A stretch of 64,000 bases of DNA from a bacterium. Lineage in GTDB: Bacteria > Bdellovibrionota_C > UBA2361 > RFPC01. A model generated the notes under the pieces. That model ran no database searches. It was not told the origin of the DNA and saw nothing but the letters and a program-made list of their open reading frames with translations. Of this stretch, positions 1 through 9,699 are shown piece by piece. The DNA is taken from assembly GCA_030431715.1 (NCBI GenBank), contig JAUIIO010000007.1, positions 33,756 through 97,755 on the forward strand. Reading direction: 5' to 3'. How positions within the stretch are numbered: the stretch's first letter is position 1; each line of letters starts with the position of its first letter. Position numbers and translations under genes: made by a program.

Positions 1-272
1 GAAAGTTAGATCCTACCTGTCTGTGCTTAGGTAACACACTGAAAATAGGTAGATTTATCTTGTTGGCGACAGGTAAAAATACCCGCCATATCTAGTATCG
101 ACTTAAATGAAAAATGCATTACAAACTGGCGCGCTTTTTCGTGAAAAATTTAGTGCAGGTTGAGGAGGAATCTCTCTTGAAGTCTATGGTGTAGTACAGG
201 CAGAAGTTCTATTGCGACCCGTACTGTTTACTTAGAATTTCAGTTATATATAATCCGATTTTTAGCAGAAGT

Positions 273-800
273 ATGGCTATGATTACTCAAACAACCCAAC
301 CCCTTGCCAAGCAACGCGACCTGCGGGATGTCACAGTTCGTGAAACCTCTACAAATGGCTTTAGTAAAGTGCATTTTGGAAAGACTCCCGAGGAGTGTTT
401 CGAGGAGGAGCGTCAGGAGGGGATGCCGCGTGTTGCCTCTCATATGTACACACAGGATAGCGAACTCTTTAATATCTTCGCTGAGGCTAAAGATGATGAG
501 AGGCGTATTCGTATAGATCTTCAACACCCAGAGGACCGAGGGCTTCAGATCGCGATTCTGGTTGATGGAATTGGAACAGAGGAGCTCTCTGTCTCTGCGA
601 GTTCTTATTATCTAAGTAGTGATGATGAGTATAATTTATCACATCGATACGATGCTGGTATTCGATGCTACTCATCTGAAGACGCAGCCCGTGCAGTGGA
701 GGGACTGCTACTAAACTCAAATTCGCCTGCCATTAAGCAATACCATGAAGCTATGGTTCAGATTGTAGAGTATGAACTAGAGCATCTCGCTCAGTACTAG
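273..800 (+). CDS. hypothetical protein (acidic, 175 aa)
   Basis: Longest ORF in the interval, ATG start; no motif recognised by eye. Confidence 0.45.
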   Translation: MAMITQTTQPLAKQRDLRDVTVRETSTNGFSKVHFGKTPEECFEEERQEGMPRVASHMYTQDSELFNIFAEAKDDERRIRIDLQHPEDRGLQIAILVDGIGTEELSVSASSYYLSSDDEYNLSHRYDAGIRCYSSEDAARAVEGLLLNSNSPAIKQYHEAMVQIVEYELEHLAQY

Positions 801-825
801 GCAGTCATTATACGTAATAAATCAA

Positions 826-1122
826 TTACTCTGATGGCAGCTGGACAAGAACAAACGGCTGCACAATCGCACATTGAAATTCAAGCGTTGGATCAGAGTT
901 CCAGAGATCAACTTGATCGTCAGAGGGTTTTGATAATGAGCCATCTTCGATCCATGCAGATACGACTGAAGTGTTATCTGCGGCTATTTCATTAGCAACA
1001 GTACGAAGATCGTTCTCTGCTTTAACTAAAATGATCGCGTCTCTTTCAAGGTGTGGACGCAAGACATGCCATGTAACCGGAGCTATCTCAAGTTTTCTAT
1101 CAGAATTATCTGTTGTTGTCAT
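826..1122 (-). CDS. DUF2288-family small conserved protein
   Basis: 98 aa. The pattern VTWHVLRPHLERDAIILV...AIVQPFVLVQ matches my recollection of the DUF2288 family; not verified by search. Confidence 0.55.
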   Translation of the reverse strand: MTTTDNSDRKLEIAPVTWHVLRPHLERDAIILVKAENDLRTVANEIAADNTSVVSAWIEDGSLSKPSDDQVDLWNSDPTLEFQCAIVQPFVLVQLPSE

Positions 1123-1217
1123 GGAACTAACCTAACAGAAATATTTTCGACAATAAATGGGACGCTCCCCTTTTTTACGGGGTTTTATTCCTAGTGCGGC
1201 CAGATGAGCTAGTGAGC

Positions 1218-2579
1218 TTAAGCTTCACAGCCCGCGCCAAAGTTGTTTCTCCACACAGAGTAGTCGCTACTCTCGATCCTACCGTCACCGTTTCCATCGG
1301 CTCCAGAGCCTGCTGGACTTACGGTTTGTCCGTAACTTCCTCTCCATGTGCTGTAGTCTGAGCTGTCAACACATCCATCACCGTTGTAATCACCGGGAAT
1401 AGGATCTGGCTTACAACTTATGGCACTCAGGGGCTCATCGAGTAGCCATGAGTAGTAGGTCAGGGCTGGATAAATCTCAGGATCGTAGGTCAGGATTCTT
1501 TTGACGTCACCCTGACGAGTTACGCACTGTACAAGCCAGAATGTTGGATTGGATTGAATGGAGATAGGCTTGTAGAACGCTGCACCTCCGTATTTGAAAT
1601 CGGTATTACAGTATACATCAAGTTCTTCAGGAAGTGGGGTGTCATTGCCCGATGTCGCCGGGAGCACAATTGGTCCTCCGGCGCTGAAGTAATACGAAGA
1701 GGAATTACTTTCTTCACAACCTTTCAGAACAATTGCTCCAGTATTGTTTTCAGCTGAGTTGTGAAGCGCAAGATAGCTATCTTCGTAGTAAAAATTCTCG
1801 TCAAATTTCATCCAATCAATATCATCAGCTGCTGGATGAACACGTCTGCCAACGATATTTGCTAGTAGCGTTAATTCTACACCACTTGTGTTTCCAGTAA
1901 GGTATCGAGAAGGAATTTTCACGTAAAAAGGTACATAAAGAGTATCTCTAGTTGTACCTTGAAGATAAAGTCCTCTTTTAATAAATTCGAAACCAGCTGG
2001 AATGTCATCTTCCTGTCTTCCATTTGAATATCCTGCATCCGTTAGGTCGTATGCATTGGTATTTTCAGAAGGAAGCGTGCCGACTGTCATCTGCCCTGTA
2101 TTGAAACGTGCAGAGACTCCAATAGTTGAAAACTCACTACCAGCGCTTACCGACTGGTGGATCAATGTAGAGATGGAAAGAGTAAGATCTCTAAGCGCGG
2201 CGTAAGCTCCGTTTGTACTACTAAATGCGGTCTCGAAGCCGTAGTTTGCTGGCGAAGTCTGAAACTTTCCGTCTACGAGAGGAGATAAGTCAGCATCAGG
2301 AGCCATGTTACCACTCTCCTCAAGTACAATGTCCGAACCTAAAATTTTAACCCCCTCCTCAGTAACATCTACATATATGTGACCGGAGAGACCTACGATA
2401 TCGCTATCTGGGGTTTGTGCGTCAAAGTAGCCATTAAAATGGCTTAAGCTGAGAGCAGCTTGAAGTTGAGAAAGGTCTTCATCCACTTCAAATCGGTAGA
2501 TTTCCGCGAAAGCACTTTCTGTCAGCAGGAAACTAATAGTTAGTATGGTGGATACGAGTAGGGCACAATAAAATTTCAT
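1218..2579 (-). CDS. secreted protein with C-terminal dockerin-like / EF-hand-like Ca-binding repeat pair
   Basis: Signal peptide MKFYCALLVSTILTISFLLTESAFA. C-terminus has two DxNGDGxx(D/E)xSDYSxWR units (DYNGDGCVDSSDYSTWR, DGNGDGRIESSDYSVWR). ATG at 2579 preferred over TTG at 2591 because a GGGAG Shine-Dalgarno lies 5 nt upstream. Confidence 0.7.
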   Translation of the reverse strand: MKFYCALLVSTILTISFLLTESAFAEIYRFEVDEDLSQLQAALSLSHFNGYFDAQTPDSDIVGLSGHIYVDVTEEGVKILGSDIVLEESGNMAPDADLSPLVDGKFQTSPANYGFETAFSSTNGAYAALRDLTLSISTLIHQSVSAGSEFSTIGVSARFNTGQMTVGTLPSENTNAYDLTDAGYSNGRQEDDIPAGFEFIKRGLYLQGTTRDTLYVPFYVKIPSRYLTGNTSGVELTLLANIVGRRVHPAADDIDWMKFDENFYYEDSYLALHNSAENNTGAIVLKGCEESNSSSYYFSAGGPIVLPATSGNDTPLPEELDVYCNTDFKYGGAAFYKPISIQSNPTFWLVQCVTRQGDVKRILTYDPEIYPALTYYSWLLDEPLSAISCKPDPIPGDYNGDGCVDSSDYSTWRGSYGQTVSPAGSGADGNGDGRIESSDYSVWRNNFGAGCEA

Positions 2580-3050
2580 ACGAACTCCCAATCATTTCTG
2601 AGCTGTCGTAATGCAAGATATGTACCTAGCTGAGAAACCTTCCCTGTGGCGTATGTACCTGAATGGCTCATTTGCTTGTCATGTCTCATAGTTGGAACCC
2701 GGGGCAGGACTGGTCCCGGTCGAAACTGGAAGAGAAAAGGGAGTGCTCGTATCCTAGGTTAGTATCAGCACTTCCGTAAAGATGCTGTGAGTAGTATGAA
2801 AAATGGAACTCTTGTTGAGCTATCCGGTCTTGGGCATATGCCACCGTTTGAAAATTACGAAAAATTCTCGGAGGTTTTTACCCAAAGTAAAAATGGTTTT
2901 GGGTCCTGTACGAGTTCCTTACGGCCTTGTCTCCTCTTTCTCTACGAAATTTTTTGAGTACCTACATCTTACATTGCTTTTATCGAGCCTCGTTTTCATG
3001 GAGCGTTTTTTGCATCTACATCAGTAGAGAAATATTATTGAGGAGGCAGT

Positions 3051-4298
3051 ATGAGAAGTTTCAGCAGAAAACTTGCCCTATTACTTACGTCACTTTTGTT
3101 TTTACCACTTGCAGTGAGCGCGCAAAACACAGACACGTACTACTGTGACGCGAATGTTTCAGGTTATCAAACCACAGATCAGTTGCAGGTCATAATTGAT
3201 CGAGCGCTTGATAGTAATAATGACAATGTTAAAACCATTTGTTTCGCTCAGGGGACAAATATCACTTTTGGCACAAATCAGCTTGTCTTAAAGGGAAGCG
3301 TAGAATTGGTTGGGCCAGAAGGAACGTATGTCTACTTTGGAAATACGAACACCGAGTATAAGTCACTTATTAAAGTTGATAAGGGAGGAGTACTCTCAGT
3401 CAGGAACCTGTTGCTCTTTACCATGAAAAAGAGCAGTAGCCTCATCCAAGTTACTGAAGGTGCAAAACTCAAAGAGGTTACTCGTACGATATTTTACCTG
3501 ATGGGGAGCTTTTCTACAGGAATTATTGCGGAACAGCCCGATGATAGTAAATACACTACGGACATCGAGAGTATCAATGAGAGTTACTTCTATCTCTATA
3601 GCGGGATATATTCACAAGAAGCTTATGAACCCCGGGCTTCAGCGATTAGTTTGCGTAATGCGAATGTAGACGAGATCCGTAATGTTCAATACTACTCTAC
3701 TCAAAACTTTGACAAGCTTATCAATGCACGTAGTTCGGTTATTAATTCTATCACAGATTTAAATGTTATCGGCAATCGTGCTGAAGTGAATCTCTATAAA
3801 GAGAGTACTATTTTTAGAATAGAGGATGTTACTGGTAATATATATGGAAAGTATGGAAAGTTTTTATTTCTAAAGGATACTTCTAAGCTGGGTAGCTTGA
3901 GGAATGTGAATGTAACGTTAAGAGGCGACTATACGGGACTTATTACAGTATTTGATCAAGCAAGGATCGATCTTGTTGAAAACCTTGATATCGATGCCAT
4001 GAAAGAGACAACATATGGTGATGCACTCTACCTTTACGGCGGTGGTTCCGTTGGAACAATTAATAATGTAACCTATAAAGGAACCATGAGGTTTGCCTAT
4101 ATTGTAAAAGGTGGACACATCGGACAGTTCGGAAATTTCCATCTTGAGCTTGATGGAAGCGGAGATCTGATACGTTTTATAAACGAAGAGTCTTCGATTG
4201 ATTTGCTCTACAATGGAGTACTCCTTGCACTGCATGGTGCCACTATCAATGGTCGCGACCAAGTGAAGAAAGAGGTGAAAGTCTCTCACGAGCTCTAG
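3051..4298 (+). CDS. secreted hypothetical protein (415 aa)
   Basis: Strong SD (GAGGAGG) before the ATG; signal peptide MRSFSRKLALLLTSLLFLPLAVSA; followed by a strong terminator; no domain recognised. Confidence 0.7.
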   Translation: MRSFSRKLALLLTSLLFLPLAVSAQNTDTYYCDANVSGYQTTDQLQVIIDRALDSNNDNVKTICFAQGTNITFGTNQLVLKGSVELVGPEGTYVYFGNTNTEYKSLIKVDKGGVLSVRNLLLFTMKKSSSLIQVTEGAKLKEVTRTIFYLMGSFSTGIIAEQPDDSKYTTDIESINESYFYLYSGIYSQEAYEPRASAISLRNANVDEIRNVQYYSTQNFDKLINARSSVINSITDLNVIGNRAEVNLYKESTIFRIEDVTGNIYGKYGKFLFLKDTSKLGSLRNVNVTLRGDYTGLITVFDQARIDLVENLDIDAMKETTYGDALYLYGGGSVGTINNVTYKGTMRFAYIVKGGHIGQFGNFHLELDGSGDLIRFINEESSIDLLYNGVLLALHGATINGRDQVKKEVKVSHEL

Positions 4299-4319
4299 TG
4301 TAGTGCCTGACTTATTAAT

Positions 4320-4363
4320 GGGGACGCTGTGTATTAAATGTAATCGCAGCGTCCCCATTTTTG
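4320..4363 (+). terminator. rho-independent terminator
   Basis: Perfect 10-bp stem GGGGACGCTG / CAGCGTCCCC (4320-4329, 4347-4356) followed by ATTTTTG, 22 nt after the stop of the 3051-4298 gene. Confidence 0.8.
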
Positions 4364-4488
4364 TAATATGCTGAAAGTATTTGGGAATTTTGGTGAAAAA
4401 GGGGATCGTCCCTTTTGTTTGGACTGGGGTGGGGTGGCGCGGTATATTCTTGGTATGTGGATGTGTTTTGTTCTTTGAAGGAGGGGCT

Positions 4489-5016
4489 ATGGCGGCGGAT
4501 AGAGTAGAGTGTGGTGCTTGTGGTGGAATGCAGGTTGGACCGGAGGTAAAGCCGCCCGAGAGTTTTGAGGCTCTTTCTTCTACTCCTCTGACTCCTCTTG
4601 CACATTCTTTAAATGTTTACGATGAGTTTGAATTAACTCCAGATAAGATCGCTACACTTCAACGAAAAGATCCCGGTGTCGGGGTTGTCCTTGGTGAAGA
4701 TGGACAGTGGAGTAGGGAAGATGGTGCTCCAGTTGAGTTTAAAAGTGGGGATATTATTTTCTGTGTCGCTAGTCCTGATAAGGAGATGGTCGCAACTCTT
4801 TATCATTCTCTTTCTCGAGCCGCTACTGAATATGCTCGGAGCCTGACTCTCGTTGATGAAGCTGTTTGTCGCTACTCTCCTTCTGAAGAAGCAAACTCTC
4901 CTCTACTTTGTGTATCTCATGATATGTTTTCAGTAGGATTTCGTCCTGATCGGATGTCGTCTGATGATCTGCGTTGCTTGCTCGCTGAGTGTCCTTTTGT
5001 GATGCACTCATCATAG
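4489..5016 (+). CDS. hypothetical protein
   Basis: ORF 4381-5016. The ATG at 4489 is preceded by GAAGGAGG. The upstream TTG start would run into the terminator region. Confidence 0.5.
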   Translation: MAADRVECGACGGMQVGPEVKPPESFEALSSTPLTPLAHSLNVYDEFELTPDKIATLQRKDPGVGVVLGEDGQWSREDGAPVEFKSGDIIFCVASPDKEMVATLYHSLSRAATEYARSLTLVDEAVCRYSPSEEANSPLLCVSHDMFSVGFRPDRMSSDDLRCLLAECPFVMHSS

Positions 5017-5053
5017 CGGCTCCCCGCTTTATCTTCTGCTGTGAAGAGCGCGG

Positions 5054-6787
5054 CTAGACACGCTTCCCTGATCTTACTTCGTCAGCTTGCAGGTACCTGA
5101 TCTTTGTTATGCTCGTTGTGGGGTCATGAAAAAGACCGACTCGAGGAATGTTCAGAAGGCTACTTGCCGCATAGTGGGCATCTGAGTCTTGGAAAGTTCC
5201 TTGGAGGTCAACAAGAAGCTGATCCTCAATGAGAACGCCGTTGTCGCGTAATGCGATGGTAAAGGTGCTGCCAAAGAAAGGATCTTCTCTATTGAGATCT
5301 CTAAGCGCGGTTACTATTGAATGAGCGGTCTTTACGTTTAGCTCGTGGTCTATCGGCCAGTAGTTAAAGCAGCTCTCATCTAGATTCCACGCGGCTTCTG
5401 TTACAGGGCGTCCACTATCTTGATCGTAAATCTTAAATGCAGGGACTACAACTGCGAGAGTGTTTCCTGTTTGCATGGATTGGTAGCCAACTGAGATGAT
5501 CCCTGTTCGCAAGCGCCCAGACTTTATGTTCTGTTCGGAGCAGGCCTGATTTGCAATGTCGTTCATGCTTTCTAGTGTGTGTTCAAGGAACTGTAGGCGA
5601 TCGATGTTATAGAGATCGGATAGTGTTTGATAAGGTTCGGAGTAAGCGCAGACGTAATCGACATTATGGTCGGCTCTTAAGCGTGAAACTTGATTTCTAA
5701 CGTTATTACTTCTCAGTCCTTCTTCGTCAGTTTCAAAATGGAGTGCGGAGGCTGAGGGTACCCAGTGGTCTTCCTCGGTACTGAGGATGTTGTATTCCCC
5801 TCCATGATCAACGATATTTGTAAGTATCTGATACTTGTTTGAAACTACATCTCTTGGCTCAGATGACATCGTAATTCGAGCATTTTGTCCCAATTCAAAT
5901 GCTTCGATGTCGATATCGTGATCCGCGTTTGGTTCTTGAGAGTGTATAAAGATCTCATTTGCCTCAGGAATATCCGCTACCCATGAATCCAGACCTGATA
6001 ATATTTCTCTTACGCGTTGCCTTCCAATGTCAGTCTCGAGCAGATCGCTCAGGAGCATTATTCTATACGGCGTAGTGCGTTCCGGGATTTCTCGCTGAAG
6101 GAGAGTGTAGTTCGTCCCAGGAGTAGTAAATACGTTTCTCTCTCTGCGGCGGAGCTTTTCTCTACTTGATGTGGTCGTGTCGACGCCTTCAAAATCCACG
6201 CGTAAAATCGCTCTTATAACTAGCGTGTCTGGTTCGTCTGCTAAAATCTCTGCGGACCCTCCGTAGGGGCTGAGGAAGGCATGCAGTCGATTTACGGAGA
6301 CATTAATTCCATCAGGTTCGCTAAGAACTGACTCCTTCAGTTCTTCAGGAACACAGGCACGTACAGAAAGCTCACCTGTAGCCTCAAGCTGTATAGTGAG
6401 TTCATCGAGAGAGCTTGAGAATAAGGATAAAATTTCAGCAGAACGCGAATCAGCGAAAGATCTGTCTCCGATTCGTCCAAAGAGATCGTCGTCACGACCA
6501 AATACGCTTGCCATTTTTTCTTCTACATTACTTGTAAGTTCCTTACAGCTATGGAGCAAATTTCCAATTGCCAGCGTTAAGTCAGTCTCCGGAATGTGCG
6601 CTCGTGGGCTTCTTGTTTCAGGGAGTTCCATTTTATGAAACTGACTCTGATAAAGCCTAGCGAGCGTAGTATTCAGATCGGTGCACAAGGCATCTGAATG
6701 CTTAGAAAGATTAGCAAAGTAGTCTCTTAAGCTATCGTCGTTTTGAAGGAGTGAATTTCGAAGCTGATTCGTATGTGTGCATTTCAT
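5054..6787 (-). CDS. large hypothetical protein (about 577 aa from ATG 6787)
   Basis: 631-codon ORF whose 5' part looks non-coding. The first plausible start, MKCTHTNQL at 6787, overlaps the upstream gene by 56 nt. No motif recognised. Confidence 0.55.
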   Translation of the reverse strand: MKCTHTNQLRNSLLQNDDSLRDYFANLSKHSDALCTDLNTTLARLYQSQFHKMELPETRSPRAHIPETDLTLAIGNLLHSCKELTSNVEEKMASVFGRDDDLFGRIGDRSFADSRSAEILSLFSSSLDELTIQLEATGELSVRACVPEELKESVLSEPDGINVSVNRLHAFLSPYGGSAEILADEPDTLVIRAILRVDFEGVDTTTSSREKLRRRERNVFTTPGTNYTLLQREIPERTTPYRIMLLSDLLETDIGRQRVREILSGLDSWVADIPEANEIFIHSQEPNADHDIDIEAFELGQNARITMSSEPRDVVSNKYQILTNIVDHGGEYNILSTEEDHWVPSASALHFETDEEGLRSNNVRNQVSRLRADHNVDYVCAYSEPYQTLSDLYNIDRLQFLEHTLESMNDIANQACSEQNIKSGRLRTGIISVGYQSMQTGNTLAVVVPAFKIYDQDSGRPVTEAAWNLDESCFNYWPIDHELNVKTAHSIVTALRDLNREDPFFGSTFTIALRDNGVLIEDQLLVDLQGTFQDSDAHYAASSLLNIPRVGLFHDPTTSITKIRYLQADEVRSGKRV

Positions 6788-7343
6788 CACGTAACACCGT
6801 CTCTGGGGATTTAGCGTCTTTACTGAGCTCATCAAGCACTTTCCGCGCTGGAAGCGCCCCTTTGCCGGCGGATGCGTATACCGATTCGAGCTGAGATTGT
6901 AAGAGTTGTTCTGCGAGAACTTCAACGGCGTTGCATACTTGCAAATCATGATCGTGAGAATCGCAGGTAAATTCGTATAAGGAATGAAGGAGAGGAATGA
7001 GCTCTTTCTCTACTATAGAAGCTGTCTCAGCCTCTGATTCAGCATGCTGTAACTTCTCACGAATGCGATCCCCTTGTTGAAGTATTTGTCGGTATCCTGC
7101 TCTTAGCTCTTTTTCTTTTTGAAGAAGCTCTGGAGAGTTTGCAGCCTCTTGCCACAACTGATCCGCGGTATATCTCGTGCCGAATTGGTTGAGGGCAAGA
7201 AGCTGGTGTGTAATGTCTTGCTCGCCTGTTGATGTAAATCTCCTAGCAAGTTCGAGATGCAACGCCTGCTTTGAAATCTCAAGCGATCTTGATTTCTCCT
7301 GAGCTTCAGGTCTGTTCGCTGAGTGTTGAGTTGATGGTTGCAT
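6732..7343 (-). CDS. hypothetical protein, helical/coiled-coil-like (203 aa)
   Basis: ORF with Q/E/L-rich sequence, co-directional with and overlapping the 5054-6787 gene. Confidence 0.5.
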   Translation of the reverse strand: MQPSTQHSANRPEAQEKSRSLEISKQALHLELARRFTSTGEQDITHQLLALNQFGTRYTADQLWQEAANSPELLQKEKELRAGYRQILQQGDRIREKLQHAESEAETASIVEKELIPLLHSLYEFTCDSHDHDLQVCNAVEVLAEQLLQSQLESVYASAGKGALPARKVLDELSKDAKSPETVLRDEMHTYESASKFTPSKRR

Positions 7344-7457
7344 GCTACTCCTCTATGCCGTGATGATATAAAAGACCACAGGAGTCTAACAGTGTTATGA
7401 AAGCGAATCAAACTTGATAATTGCCTGATTTTATTGATATGAGCTGAGCATTCCTAT

Positions 7458-7880
7458 TCAGGATGCTTGAGAGTGTTCACAGATATAGCTGTCCGCTGGG
7501 CGGTGTCTTACGTAGTGGTTTACAGGTCTCTTTCTTGGAACATATCTCCTACTTTGAGCAATTGGTTGTGCTGGTGCGGGTGAAAGTCTCCTTCTTATTT
7601 GATGACGAAAAATAAGACAGAGGGTAACCGTTAGGCATATGCAGTTTGCTAGCGTAGAGTAAAAAAGCATACTTGCTACGCCGTGAATCATGTTCTGAAC
7701 AAGTGCATAAATGAAACTAAGAAGACCAGAGATTGACCAGATGACCCACGCCGAAACTGAAATTTCGACAGAAGAGGTCTGTAAGAGTGCTATCCAGTGC
7801 GGAATATAAGCACACAAAGATAGGATAATAGTTACTGTCTGACAGACATCGCCAAGTATGAGCACATGGTGTAGCTCCAT
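7458..7880 (-). CDS. small 3-TM membrane protein, PQ-loop/SemiSWEET-like
   Basis: Three hydrophobic helices. AYIPHWIALLQTSSVEISVSAWVIW resembles the PQ-loop motif (PH instead of PQ). Basic C-terminal tail. Confidence 0.45.
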   Translation of the reverse strand: MELHHVLILGDVCQTVTIILSLCAYIPHWIALLQTSSVEISVSAWVIWSISGLLSFIYALVQNMIHGVASMLFYSTLANCICLTVTLCLIFRHQIRRRLSPAPAQPIAQSRRYVPRKRPVNHYVRHRPADSYICEHSQAS

Positions 7881-7980
7881 AAAACCTCCTTAACTCTAAC
7901 TTTAAAAAGAACACTTTCTCTTGCCATCCATTTTACTGGATTCACAGTGCTAAGATAGAAATTGGAATAGAGATTCAGAG

Positions 7981-9231
7981 CTATTGACTAGAGCTTCCGG
8001 GTCTCAGTCTTCTTTGAATAGGGGAAGTACGCTGAGGTTTGGTTGTTTGTGAGTTTCCTGTTTTGTGCTGGTAGAGCGCTTCCATAGTCTCAGTGGAGAA
8101 GGTATTATTTTTGACCTTTCCGTCTGGAGCGAGGGCAAGAAGCGATTCTGCAAAGACTTGTTTTTCTTTGTTACTCATCCTTCCACTTACTCTATCAAGC
8201 AAACCATTTACTTGATCGCGAGGATTAAGGAATTCTTTTACAATTTTATCGTAGGTCTGCTGTGAGTACTCAGAAACTTCTATTGAGGAAACAAGATGCA
8301 CGGCTTGGGCTTGTGGGCTAAGATTTCTAACACGAGCAACCTCAAAAAGTGCGATATCATCGAGATAATTCCCTTGAGTTCGATCGTCTTGTATAGAATG
8401 TTGATCGAGTGGGCTCTGAAATCCTCTTGGCTTTGCAATTATGGTTTCGCTGACCGTAATTTCTTGTCCCGTGAAGAATGCTTTCCCGCGTTCTACGGCA
8501 GTAAACATCTGTCCGAGAAGTGCTACGGGATCGCCGGGATGTTGAAAGTTAACACTTTTAATTGGTGCATTGGTTACATTGTAAGGACTTCCTAGTCGTT
8601 GCACTTCAAATCTTTCTTCAAAGAAATGATCAAGTTTTTGTTGGAATAGCTCTTGTTGCTCAGGTTGGAGGGAATCTCTATAGGCGAGAAGTTCATGCTC
8701 AAACACTTCTAAGGATCTTTTAAGGATTAAGTTCCCCTGGCTGTATCCGCAGACCCATGTTTTGCTCTCTTCGTTTTCCAGTTCGGTAAAGAGCATTTCC
8801 ACCCCGAGGCCTCCTGCTTCTTGCTCTACGTTAAACTCAGGGCCATCTGTGAATGCAGCAATCACACCGTGCGCGAGTCCCTTCATAAAACTTTCTTCTT
8901 TGTTATTGGGGATAACAATGACTTCTCTTCCTTTAGCATTGGCGAGTTCACAGGCTGTTACATAAATCTTTTCTTGCTCCATCTGCATGCCGTTTATGAA
9001 ATAGACTTTTTCATTTGCCGGAGCGTTAACAGCACGAACGCCGTCATCAGGTTGTACAGAGTACATTTGATGTGGATCGAGAGGATAGGGAAGGTCTTTA
9101 GGCAGCGTGTTTTGGATAGCAGAGTTTTCAAGTGCTGAGCTAAGAGCCGAGGAAGGCGCTAGAGCTTGCTCTCTTAAGTCTTCTCCCCTTAGAGAAGCGC
9201 TCATGTTCTCAAAAACATCAGGATTCGCCAT
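7981..9231 (-). CDS. hypothetical protein with lipase/esterase-like GxSxG elbow
   Basis: 416 aa. YFINGM ... WVCGYSQGNLI resembles an alpha/beta-hydrolase nucleophile elbow; the rest is unrecognised. Confidence 0.5.
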   Translation of the reverse strand: MANPDVFENMSASLRGEDLREQALAPSSALSSALENSAIQNTLPKDLPYPLDPHQMYSVQPDDGVRAVNAPANEKVYFINGMQMEQEKIYVTACELANAKGREVIVIPNNKEESFMKGLAHGVIAAFTDGPEFNVEQEAGGLGVEMLFTELENEESKTWVCGYSQGNLILKRSLEVFEHELLAYRDSLQPEQQELFQQKLDHFFEERFEVQRLGSPYNVTNAPIKSVNFQHPGDPVALLGQMFTAVERGKAFFTGQEITVSETIIAKPRGFQSPLDQHSIQDDRTQGNYLDDIALFEVARVRNLSPQAQAVHLVSSIEVSEYSQQTYDKIVKEFLNPRDQVNGLLDRVSGRMSNKEKQVFAESLLALAPDGKVKNNTFSTETMEALYQHKTGNSQTTKPQRTSPIQRRLRPGSSSQ

Positions 9232-9382
9232 AGTAAACCAGTATAAAATAACCTGCAGTGGTGTTATGCCGTACTACCGGCTCCTCGATACTTTACAGTG
9301 AGTACGAGAAATTCTTAGTGCCATAGAGTCCTGTGCATATTCTTGCGTATCCACAGGGGAGAAAACAGGCTAGGCTTTTTAT

Positions 9383-9694
9383 GTGAAGAAGAGACAAAAA
9401 TACTTACTTATGTTTTGCATTGCTATGGCTGGTGGTTGGCTTCTGACAGAGCTGGTCTCTATCTATAAGAGCCCTGATAGTGGACTTTTTAGAGAACGAA
9501 ACTGCAGTAACTTTGTGCTTCATGTCGCGGCTATCATGAAGAAATACGATAGTCCGCACCCTATTAACCGTACTGGCAGTTTAGAGGAGCTCCGTAGACT
9601 CTGCTCTTCCCCTCCACTTACGAAAGAGCAAATTGATTGCAGTATGAAATCAGACGATCTTGATGAGATTCAGCATTGTATACGTAGGCGGTGA
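9383..9694 (+). CDS. small membrane-anchored hypothetical protein
   Basis: GTG-start ORF with an N-terminal hydrophobic segment (LLMFCIAMAGGWLLTELVSI); start uncertain. Confidence 0.35.
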   Translation: MKKRQKYLLMFCIAMAGGWLLTELVSIYKSPDSGLFRERNCSNFVLHVAAIMKKYDSPHPINRTGSLEELRRLCSSPPLTKEQIDCSMKSDDLDEIQHCIRRR

Positions 9695-9699
9695 TGAGA

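Noticed and set aside
1160-1195. CCCC-TTTTTTAC-GGGG hairpin between the 826-1122 and 1218-2579 genes as a terminator
   Set aside because: The stem is only 4 bp, too weak to call.
2619-2660. 9-bp direct repeat TATGTACCT (2619-2627 and 2652-2660) upstream of the dockerin-like gene
   Set aside because: There are only two short copies. This could be an operator but is within chance expectation for a 64-kb window, with no supporting symmetry or known motif.
2803-3148. Two overlapping about 74-codon ORFs in the divergent gap between 1218-2579 and 3051-4298
   Set aside because: There is no SD, and the sequences are hydrophobic nonsense-like. The second runs through the strong SD and start of the 3051 gene in another frame. 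The region is better read as a 470-bp divergent promoter/UTR region.
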